Below are positions 31,101 through 38,355 of a stretch of DNA of 64,000 nt, piece after piece. A model generated the notes under the pieces. The model did not search any database. It worked only from the letters and a program-made list of their open reading frames with translations, and was not told the origin of the DNA. Source of the stretch: Thermodesulfobacteriota bacterium (GTDB lineage Bacteria > Desulfobacterota > BSN033 > UBA1163); NCBI GenBank assembly GCA_049514515.1, contig JBEKUZ010000017.1, forward strand, positions 1,006 to 65,005. The letters are read 5' to 3'. The translations under genes were made by a program, and so were the position numbers. Each line of letters starts with the position of its first letter. Position 1 is the first letter of the stretch.

Positions 31101-32450
31101 TTGGAGGAAGTTACGAGACTTTCCGCTTTCGTTAAGAGGGAAGATATAAAATCCTTCATGTCACGCAGCTGGTCTGTGAGCTGGCCGCTGACGGTGATCA
31201 TGTTTTTTGAGTTCTTGATGGGCCTGACGGATGTTTACATTGCCGGCAAGGTGAGCAAAGAGATCCAGGCGACGTACGGTTTTGTCATTCAGCTCTATTT
31301 TGTTCTTATCGTGATTGCCAATGCCCTTACGGTGGGCACTGTCTCAGTCGTATCGAGGTTGTTCGCGTCACGAAATCAAAATGACTTAACTCAAGCGATT
31401 TTTTCCTCCCTCACGGCGACTGCCGGTGCAGGAATCGTCCTCGTCGCAGGGGGTTTCTTCTTTAGCCCTGAAATCATCCATTTTGTAAACATCCCGGAGG
31501 AGCTCAAATATCTTGCGGTCCCTTTCATCAAAATTTATTCGGTTGGTTTATTCTTCCACTACCTTCTCATCAACTCCAACGGGGTTTTGAGGTCTTGTGA
31601 CAGGGTGAAAGAGTCTTTGAAAACCCAGGCCCTTGTCTGTGCGCTCAACATCGGTCTCAATTTCTTTTTTGTGTTTTATACGCCTCTGGGATACAGGGGA
31701 ATTGCAACGGCCACCGCTTCAAGTGTCTTGATTGGTAGCCTGGTCAACCTATGGAAGGTGAGAAGTTTGATGACTGGGGAGAGGACATTTTCCGTCGGTA
31801 CCGTGCGAAAGATGATGACCATAGGCTGGCCGATTGGAATGCTTCAGGTGCTGTGGCAGCTCTCTTCCATGGTTCTTTTCCTGATCTTGAGCGCATTGCC
31901 CGAACGCCGGGTTGAAATTCTCGCTGCCCTGACGACCGGCCTGAGGATCGAATCGGTCATCTACCTTCCGGTCTTCGGGTTCAACATGGCCAATGCGGTG
32001 ATCGTCGGAAATCTGCTGGGCGAGAAGAGAAAAGAAGATGCCTTGCGAAGCGGATTCATCACCGCTGCGATTGGCGTGGTGGTTGTCACAATCATAGTCA
32101 TCGCGGTCATCTTGAATGCTCGATGGATCGCCTCGTTCCTGTCACATAATGAGATTGTGGTCAGGGAGAGCATGAAATATATTTATATCAGCATGATCAG
32201 CGAGCCATTTATGGCCTGGGGCATTATCCTCGGTGGAGGCCTGAACGGAGCGGGGGATACGCGAAGCGTCCTGATACGGGTTGCCCTGAGTGTATGGCTT
32301 GTAAGGATTCCTTTGAGCTATATCTTTGTCGTCTTCTTTGGGTTCGGACCGGCCTCGGTCTGGTGGTCGATGAATATCTCTCAATTCGTCCAGGCATTTC
32401 TAATGTCCAAAAGATATTTCGATAGAAAGTGGCTGTCCCTGGAAAAATAG
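31101..32450 (+). CDS. MATE-family multidrug efflux transporter
   Basis: 12-TM protein with the MATE repeat architecture. An alternative start lies at 31158. Confidence 0.7.
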   Translation: MEEVTRLSAFVKREDIKSFMSRSWSVSWPLTVIMFFEFLMGLTDVYIAGKVSKEIQATYGFVIQLYFVLIVIANALTVGTVSVVSRLFASRNQNDLTQAIFSSLTATAGAGIVLVAGGFFFSPEIIHFVNIPEELKYLAVPFIKIYSVGLFFHYLLINSNGVLRSCDRVKESLKTQALVCALNIGLNFFFVFYTPLGYRGIATATASSVLIGSLVNLWKVRSLMTGERTFSVGTVRKMMTIGWPIGMLQVLWQLSSMVLFLILSALPERRVEILAALTTGLRIESVIYLPVFGFNMANAVIVGNLLGEKRKEDALRSGFITAAIGVVVVTIIVIAVILNARWIASFLSHNEIVVRESMKYIYISMISEPFMAWGIILGGGLNGAGDTRSVLIRVALSVWLVRIPLSYIFVVFFGFGPASVWWSMNISQFVQAFLMSKRYFDRKWLSLEK

Positions 32451-32490
32451 GAAGTCAGAGGCCGTCCGTATTTTTGTAATCTTTAACCCA

Positions 32491-32710
32491 TTGCGTGCAA
32501 CCCAAATCCCAATTTAGGAAATGGTCATTGCGAGCGAAACGAAGCAATCTCTTCTTTTGCAATGAGATTGCCACGCCTGCGTACCGAAACTATTACTTAC
32601 CAAATGCCTTTGACGGGCCACTTCGGCGTGCAGGCACGCACCTTTTAGGTGCTCGCAATGACTGGATATCGAAGGGGTCTTATTCTTTAAATGGGAATTT
32701 GGGTGCAACA
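32491..32710. repeat. Composite ~220-bp palindromic element with imperfect outer inverted repeats, nested around a gtcattgcgag-family core
   Basis: Outer arms: tgcaacccaaatcccaattt / aaatgggaatttgggtgcaac. Inner arms: gtcattgcgagcg / gctcgcaatgac. Confidence 0.6.
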
Positions 32711-32716
32711 TCTGTG

Positions 32717-32730
32717 TTGACTTAGGTCAA
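32717..32730 (+). promoter_or_regulatory. FNR/DNR-type box TTGAC-N4-GTCAA centred 29.5 nt upstream of a TATAAT hexamer (32753-32758), upstream of the YgbA-like gene
   Basis: Perfect palindrome TTGACTTAGGTCAA. The spacing to the -10 element matches class II (-41.5) FNR/DNR-dependent promoters. Confidence 0.6.
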
Positions 32731-32768
32731 GGCACTTATTTTATTCTGGAATTATAATTAAATAATAG

Positions 32769-33158
32769 ATGGTGATGAAGGAAAGAGGAATGAGATTTAA
32801 AAAAGAAGGGACACCCAAAACGGAAAAAGATGATGTTCGGACTTTGATCAAGTTTGTGGGGATCTACTGTAGAAAGAATCATGATGGAGATAAGTCTCCT
32901 TTTTTATTCAAACTTTTCGATATCAAAGAGATCGAAAAGAGGGAGATCTCGCTATGCCCGGATTGCACACGACTTCTCACCTATGGCCTGACGATGAGGC
33001 TGAAGTGCCCCCATGATCCTAAACCCATGTGCAAGAAATGTGAGACTCAATGTTACCATGGTGAATATAAATCGAAGATCCGGGAAGTGATGAAGTTCTC
33101 CGGGATGTACCTGGTGAAGCACGGTCGGGTGGATGCGCTCTACCATTATCTCCGGTGA
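32769..33158 (+). CDS. ygbA: YgbA-like (nitrous-oxide-stimulated promoter family) Cys-rich protein
   Basis: Pattern IYCRKNH...CPDCTRLLTYGLTMRLKCPHDPKPMCKKCETQCYHGEYKSKIREVMKFSG matches the YgbA family (C..C..L..Y...R...CP......K..C..C..HCY....REKIR.VM..SG). The more likely start is the ATG at 32790, which is preceded by AGGAAAGAGG. Confidence 0.65.
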   Translation: MVMKERGMRFKKEGTPKTEKDDVRTLIKFVGIYCRKNHDGDKSPFLFKLFDIKEIEKREISLCPDCTRLLTYGLTMRLKCPHDPKPMCKKCETQCYHGEYKSKIREVMKFSGMYLVKHGRVDALYHYLR

Positions 33159-33237
33159 AATTCAGAAGGCGGAAAGCACAAGGCAAGAGGCAGTGATTAA
33201 TCTGCATTCTCCTTTCAGCCTACTGCTTTCTGGGGTC

Positions 33238-33251
33238 TTGATCTAAGTCAA
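33238..33251 (+). promoter_or_regulatory. FNR/DNR-type box TTGAT-N4-GTCAA centred 29.5 nt upstream of a TAAATT -10-like hexamer (33274-33279), upstream of the zinc-ribbon ORF
   Basis: TTGATCTAAGTCAA with the same geometry as the box at 32717. An AAGGAG Shine-Dalgarno and the ATG at 33301 follow. Confidence 0.55.
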
Positions 33252-33300
33252 AACACTTTTAGGGAAGGGATGTTAAATTTAAACTAAAGGAGACAAACGA

Positions 33301-33438
33301 ATGGCTGAGAAAAAGGAAATCGCCTGTTTCCTCTGTCACAAAACGGAACACGAGGGAGTTTTGATTCCTTGCCGGAAGGGTGGGCAAGATCTTTGGGTAT
33401 GTACCCGATGTTTACCCATGCTGATCCATGGTGGGTAA
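33301..33438 (+). CDS. Unannotated 45-aa C4 zinc-ribbon protein (ClpX-type zinc-finger-like)
   Basis: Not in the supplied ORF track (under 60 aa). MAEKKEIACFLCHKTEHEGVLIPCRKGGQDLWVCTRCLPMLIHGG has the CxxC...CxxC pattern resembling the ClpX N-terminal zinc finger (CSFCGK...VYICDECV). A strong AAGGAG SD lies 8 nt upstream. Confidence 0.55.
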   Translation: MAEKKEIACFLCHKTEHEGVLIPCRKGGQDLWVCTRCLPMLIHGG

Positions 33439-33508
33439 AACAGATAATCCCCTCAGTTCCTATTTTAGTTAAGGGGGATGAATGGGAATTTGTTAAGGAG
33501 GCACTGGA

Positions 33509-33916
33509 ATGGATAAATATGCAAAGGCATTTGTCAAATCGAGCCTGATCTATCTCGGAATTGGGACCATTATGGGAGTATGTATGGTTTTGTCTCCGGA
33601 TATTCGATTTACCCTCACGCAAGTTCATGTCCATATTCTTCTTCTGGGATTTATGGCGATGATGATTTACGGCGTAGGATATCATATTCTTCCCCGGTTT
33701 ATGGGGAGACCGGTTTACAGCCATCGTCTTGGTAATATTCAGGTATGGCTTGCTAATATTACGCTCATAGGTCTTTCCATTTCGTGGATTACAGAGGCCT
33801 CGCAAGGCGGAGTCTGGCACCTCTCAGCGATTTTATTCGGAATCGGTCAGGGGGTTGCGATTTTTTTGTTTATTTTCAATCTGTGGAAGAGCATGGTTCC
33901 TCAAACCACGGAATAG
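33509..33916 (+). CDS. Small 4-TM membrane protein with conserved His residues; function unknown
   Basis: Four predicted TM helices and an AAGGAGG SD. His-containing motifs are VHVHILLLGF and YGVGYHILPRF. Preferred over the antisense ORF 33284-33820. Confidence 0.55.
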   Translation: MDKYAKAFVKSSLIYLGIGTIMGVCMVLSPDIRFTLTQVHVHILLLGFMAMMIYGVGYHILPRFMGRPVYSHRLGNIQVWLANITLIGLSISWITEASQGGVWHLSAILFGIGQGVAIFLFIFNLWKSMVPQTTE

Positions 33917-34003
33917 TTCGGAGTTTAAAGCTTTGAGTTCGGAGTAAATCGATTAAATCTCCGCACTACAAACTAATTAATCCGAACCGAAAAGGAGTGT
34001 AGA

Positions 34004-34207
34004 ATGGCTGAGAAAAGGTTTCATAAGGATATGGTTATTGGAGATGTTTTGAAGGCGAACCCTGCAGCGATCAAGGTGATCGAAAAATATTTTGGGCAGG
34101 GCTGCTTCACTTGCCCTGGGATGAAGATGGAATCCATCTCTTTTGGAGCGATGATGCACAACATGGATCCAGAAGCAATTATTAAAGAGCTGAATGAGTT
34201 GGAATGA
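34004..34207 (+). CDS. DUF1858-domain protein (hybrid-cluster-protein-associated redox disulfide domain)
   Basis: 67 aa with a GCFTCPG motif and the DUF1858 pattern (IGDVLKANPAAIKVIEKYFGQGCFTCPG..SISFGAMMHNMDPEAIIKELNE). GGAG SD. Confidence 0.7.
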   Translation: MAEKRFHKDMVIGDVLKANPAAIKVIEKYFGQGCFTCPGMKMESISFGAMMHNMDPEAIIKELNELE

Positions 34208-34551
34208 GTGGTATGATGGAGCCTATTCATCTTTTTGAAAAAGCAGAGTTCTCTAAAGAGAACTTTATACCCAAGCAACTCCATATCGGGGATGCAGGAG
34301 CGGCAGTGCTCATCTGCTTTGAACCCGGCCAGTCCATGCCTCTTCACCCTCATCCGGGGGCTTTAGAAGTGATCCTCTATGGGGTTGAAGGGGAGGGGAC
34401 TTTGATGATCGGGGATGAGGAGAAACCCTTTAAGAAAGGAGACCTTATGTTTTGTAAGGGGGAGGTTCCCATCGGCCCCAAGAACACGGGTCAAGGAAGG
34501 TTCATGGTTCTGGTCATTCTTGTCTTAAAGCAGTTGGTTTCCAAAGGGTAA
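34204..34551 (+). CDS. Cupin-domain protein
   Basis: Cupin motifs (PGQSMPLHPHPGALEVILYGVEGEG ... GDLMFCKGEVP). The ATG overlaps the stop codon of the DUF1858 gene. Confidence 0.65.
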   Translation: MSGMMEPIHLFEKAEFSKENFIPKQLHIGDAGAAVLICFEPGQSMPLHPHPGALEVILYGVEGEGTLMIGDEEKPFKKGDLMFCKGEVPIGPKNTGQGRFMVLVILVLKQLVSKG

Positions 34552-35473
34552 GCTTTTTATAAAGGAGACCGTATCTCACCCCGTGGCAACTGATTAAGGC
34601 AGAGGGAGAGTTCAGTTCCTCCATCGCCAGATAAAGAATCGCTCCTCCAGCCAAGATCACATCCGCCCTGGCCGCGGGAAGACCGGGTATCTTCTTTCTC
34701 TCTTCGATCGTTCTGGATCGGTAGAGGAGAAGCTGGTTTTTCAGGCCCTCCCTTCTTAACACGAAATGATGGATCTTTTGAGGGATGAATTCCTCCAAAC
34801 CCTGTTCAACAGAGGCTAAGGTCGTCGCCGTCCCTCCCACAGCGACCATTGACGACGGCTCCTGTGAATGCGGGATTTTGGCAAGTAGCTCTCGGATTCT
34901 GTTCTCCATCGTATTCCACTCTTCCTCTTGAACAGGATCGGAGTGAAGATACTGTTCTGTGAAGCGGACCGAACCGAGTGGAAGGCTTATCCACTGATTG
35001 ATCTGATTGCCTCTCCCCAGGATGAACTCCGTACTTCCCCCACCTACATCGACCACAAGGATAGGTTCGTTTACCTCCATGAGATCCTTTGACACAGCCA
35101 AGTAAGAGAGTCGGGCCTCTTCTTCTCCGGAGATGACCTCAATGGAGAGATTCAGTTTTTCCTTAATCAGTCTTAAGAATTCTGCGGAATTTTTGGCTTC
35201 TCTGAGAGCGTTCGTCCCGACGGCAAAGATGTTTTGGACCTTCATCGCCCGGCATCGTTCCCAATATTGTGACAGAGTTTCAATGCCCCTATTCATTGCC
35301 TCTTTTGCAAGAATTCCACTCTTTTGGACACCCTCACCCAATCGGGCCACCGTCTCCGTCTCAAAAAGCGGCTTTATCTTCTCCCCTTCTACTTCGGCAA
35401 TGAGGAGTAGAATTGTGTTCGTCCCAATGTCAATGGAGGCCAACCTTTTACGCGAAGTAGGGCTGAATTTCAC
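34514..35473 (-). CDS. ppx: Ppx/GppA-family phosphatase (exopolyphosphatase / guanosine pentaphosphate phosphohydrolase)
   Basis: ASIDIGTNTILLLIAE and the ASKHA-fold motifs (DVGGGSTEF). Confidence 0.75.
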   Translation of the reverse strand: MKFSPTSRKRLASIDIGTNTILLLIAEVEGEKIKPLFETETVARLGEGVQKSGILAKEAMNRGIETLSQYWERCRAMKVQNIFAVGTNALREAKNSAEFLRLIKEKLNLSIEVISGEEEARLSYLAVSKDLMEVNEPILVVDVGGGSTEFILGRGNQINQWISLPLGSVRFTEQYLHSDPVQEEEWNTMENRIRELLAKIPHSQEPSSMVAVGGTATTLASVEQGLEEFIPQKIHHFVLRREGLKNQLLLYRSRTIEERKKIPGLPAARADVILAGGAILYLAMEELNSPSALISCHGVRYGLLYKKLTLWKPTALRQE

Positions 35474-36533
35474 GACAGAGTTCCTCGGGGATGATGTTGG
35501 ATGTCAGCTCAGAGTGAAGGGTCTCGAAGGAAGTCCAGTCATTCAGATAATAAGGCTGGAAAGGGGCGCGCGAGATAATTCGGGTGAGAAGCTGGTAATG
35601 GGCTTCGCCGGAAATGGAGTAGACGGAAAAGTTGAAGCTATTGAGGCCTTTCTCGTCGTAATACTTCAGGGTGGAGGCTATTCCCCTGGCCAGAGAAGCA
35701 ATCTCCTCCTTGCCGAAGGTGGCCACGGATCCATGTCCTTCCGCACTTGCACACACTTCGTTGAATCCAGTAGGGGCAAAGGAGACATACCAGTGGACCT
35801 TTCCGATGCAGGCGATATATCGTTTTCCAAGTTCCTTTTCAATCTGGATGAGATCCTTCCAGTAGACGGTTCCATTCTTCTGGTAATAGGAGGAACTGGC
35901 ATCTAATAGCCATTCAATCTCATTCGTCGGAATAGGATCACCAATGACCTGAAGATGGGGATGGAGGATGGTACTTCCTCCAGGGAGAAGGAAATTTTGA
36001 CTGATTTGCCAATAGCGGGTATCCGGATCAAATGCCGTTGTTCTTCGAATGATCTCGATAGCAGCCGTAAGACCCTCTTCGTAAATCTCGGACGTAAATT
36101 GGGTAAGGCTGAGAAAATGCTCATGACAGAGGACGACGACACTTCCGTAGGATCCCACTGGATTGAGATTCGGAAAACCGACTGCCCTTCCGATGCAAAC
36201 CCTTCCTTCCGGGACGATTTCTTTTATGAACTGAGGAGTCTTCTGAAAAATATTCTCAGGACAGAAGAGACATCCTTTCGATTCCTCGGCCATATTCGAG
36301 AAATCGAATTTTCCCGGAGAGGGAAGTCCCCAGGTGATGATGCGACTTCGCCGTTTTGTCAGGGGATCGATCCGGACCTCGGTTGGAACTGAGACCGTTT
36401 CAAATCCCTCAAGGGGAGAACGGAGGTCCGATTGGAGATGATATCGCTCGAACTTGATTTCCATCGTTCGAATAAAATGAAGGACGCCGATATCCCCCTT
36501 TTTAAGGGGACAACCAAGTCCTCCCTTCATCAA
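35448..36533 (-). CDS. Galactose-1-phosphate uridylyltransferase-family (GalT/HIT-like) nucleotidyltransferase
   Basis: Zn motif CLFCPEN and the HIT-like active site ILHPHLQVIGDPIP. An alternative start lies at 36464 (MEIKFERY). Confidence 0.6.
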   Translation of the reverse strand: MMKGGLGCPLKKGDIGVLHFIRTMEIKFERYHLQSDLRSPLEGFETVSVPTEVRIDPLTKRRSRIITWGLPSPGKFDFSNMAEESKGCLFCPENIFQKTPQFIKEIVPEGRVCIGRAVGFPNLNPVGSYGSVVVLCHEHFLSLTQFTSEIYEEGLTAAIEIIRRTTAFDPDTRYWQISQNFLLPGGSTILHPHLQVIGDPIPTNEIEWLLDASSSYYQKNGTVYWKDLIQIEKELGKRYIACIGKVHWYVSFAPTGFNEVCASAEGHGSVATFGKEEIASLARGIASTLKYYDEKGLNSFNFSVYSISGEAHYQLLTRIISRAPFQPYYLNDWTSFETLHSELTSNIIPEELCREIQPYFA

Positions 36534-36582
36534 AGGGAGATTGGGAGGGGTTTTCCGGTCTGCAACCCCAAAGAGCTTCGTT

Positions 36583-37164
36583 TCACGGGTTCACCTTGAA
36601 GAAGAGGTAGTGCTCCACCATTTCACAGAGGATGTGTCCGATGAGAATGTGGGCCTCCTGGATGCGGGGCGTGCTGGTGGAAGGAACGATCAGAGGGAAA
36701 TCGGCCATCTTCCCGACGATACCGCCGTCATTTCCAGTAAGGGCAATCGTCTTAATCCCCATCTCTTTCGCCACTTCAAAAGCCTTGACGACGTTCGGGG
36801 AGTTCCCGCTCGTGGTGATGCCGATGGCGACATCCCTTTCTTTACCGAGGGCCCTAATTTGTTTAGCAAAGATTTCATTGAAAGCAAAGTCGTTGGAAAC
36901 ACTGGTCAGAACAGAGGCATCCGTGGTGAGGGCGATCGCAGGCAATGGCGGACGGTCCATGACATATCGATTGACGAATTCCGCAGCCAGGTGTTGGGCG
37001 TCGGCAGCACTTCCCCCATTTCCGAAGAAAAAGAGTTTGTTTCCTGCTTCGAAGGTGTGAGAAATCAATCTGATTACGTCGAGAAGTTTAGGAAGATTTT
37101 CTCTGAGAAAACGACTTTTGACTTCGGAGCTTTCTTTAAATCGCTTCAGAATGATATTTTCCAT
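36583..37164 (-). CDS. gmhA: D-sedoheptulose-7-phosphate isomerase (phosphoheptose isomerase, SIS domain)
   Basis: LFFFGNGGSAADAQHLAAEFVNRY and ITTSGNSPNV. Confidence 0.85.
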   Translation of the reverse strand: MENIILKRFKESSEVKSRFLRENLPKLLDVIRLISHTFEAGNKLFFFGNGGSAADAQHLAAEFVNRYVMDRPPLPAIALTTDASVLTSVSNDFAFNEIFAKQIRALGKERDVAIGITTSGNSPNVVKAFEVAKEMGIKTIALTGNDGGIVGKMADFPLIVPSTSTPRIQEAHILIGHILCEMVEHYLFFKVNP

Positions 37165-37176
37165 TGAACAAAAATA

Positions 37177-38355
37177 TTATACTTCCCGGGTTCCCATGTC
37201 AAGGGAACCTTTTTGATAAGGCTGTTTCCAGCGTCGATTCAGCCATGGCCATTGGCTCGGATATTGTCTGATGGAATCTTCGATGGTCTTTGTAAATTTG
37301 GCGGTCAGTAATTCCGTGTTCTTCCTTTGGTCTGATGTTAGTTCTATTTCAATAGGACTTCCGATGAACAGGGTCTTCGGGATCCCGTTTTTTCGCACGA
37401 GAAACATGGGCAAAATAGGAGCCCCTGTTTTGAGCGAGAAGATGGCCGGTCCAGGGGGAGTATAGGCTGTTTGGCCGAAGAACGGGACGGGAACTCCTCC
37501 GAGAATTTGTTGTTCATCAGCGATCAGATAGAGGATTTCATTTCGACGGAGGCAATTGAGGGACTTCTTGATTGACGCTGTAGCAGGTTTTGGAGGAAAG
37601 GGTTTCTGCCCCAGCCTTTGCTGATAGCCTCCTAATCTGTCCCATATCTTTGGGAAATTCTCTACCTTGATGATAATATTAAATGGGTAGCCCTCCTTGG
37701 CAAGGATCGTCCCCAGCGTCGTAAAGGCACCCAAATGGCCGCCTAAAGCAATCACTCCGTTCCCTTTCGCCAATGCCGCATCCAGATATTCCCTCCCTAC
37801 GATTTTGATTTCCTTGATGAATTGGCTGGAAGGAGCAGCAGCCGTAAGGATGATTTCGAAAAGCGTGAGTATAAAGTTGAAGAAGACCTCCTTGGCGAGT
37901 CTTGTGATCTCCTTGAAATCCTTCTCTCGTCCAAACGCCAAGAGGAGATTACTAAGAACTCTATCCCTATATTTCTTGGCCAAATAGAAAGCCATGGTCC
38001 CGGAAATTCTTGCAAAGAAGACGATGCTTTTCGGAGGAAAGATACGAAATGTAAGGACGGAGAAGGCCAATAGGAGATCGCCCAGAAGATCCCCGAGCCG
38101 GTATTTTATTTTCTTAGAGTAGGCTTTGACCATGCGATTTCGATACAGAATAAAAGCGGTCCAAATGCTCTCAACATAGATTATTTTAGGCCGGATTTCA
38201 ATAGATATCCGCGGAAGTGCCGTATTCAAAGTAGGATTGACGTTTGGAACTATATTGTTTATCATGTTCTGGAGATTTCGGAGAAGCCTTCGGAAAAATT
38301 CCAATCCACCGATTAAAGTTAAAAAATCAACACACAAAATGCTCTCTCTGGTCAA
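37177..38355 (-). CDS. Lipid A biosynthesis (Kdo2-lipid IVA) acyltransferase family protein (LpxL/HtrB-like)
   Basis: LPLAT-family core (KGNGVIALGGHLGAFTTLG ... IADEQ). The N-terminal ~70 aa of the ORF are probably not translated, and the true start is uncertain. Confidence 0.6.
   Translation of the reverse strand: MTRESILCVDFLTLIGGLEFFRRLLRNLQNMINNIVPNVNPTLNTALPRISIEIRPKIIYVESIWTAFILYRNRMVKAYSKKIKYRLGDLLGDLLLAFSVLTFRIFPPKSIVFFARISGTMAFYLAKKYRDRVLSNLLLAFGREKDFKEITRLAKEVFFNFILTLFEIILTAAAPSSQFIKEIKIVGREYLDAALAKGNGVIALGGHLGAFTTLGTILAKEGYPFNIIIKVENFPKIWDRLGGYQQRLGQKPFPPKPATASIKKSLNCLRRNEILYLIADEQQILGGVPVPFFGQTAYTPPGPAIFSLKTGAPILPMFLVRKNGIPKTLFIGSPIEIELTSDQRKNTELLTAKFTKTIEDSIRQYPSQWPWLNRRWKQPYQKGSLDMGTREV

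Noticed and set aside
33284-33820. 178-aa minus-strand ORF in the track
   Set aside because: It overlaps two plus-strand ORFs that each have strong AAGGAG Shine-Dalgarno sites, and one of those has clear TM helices. It has no motif and low complexity, so it is taken as an antisense artefact.
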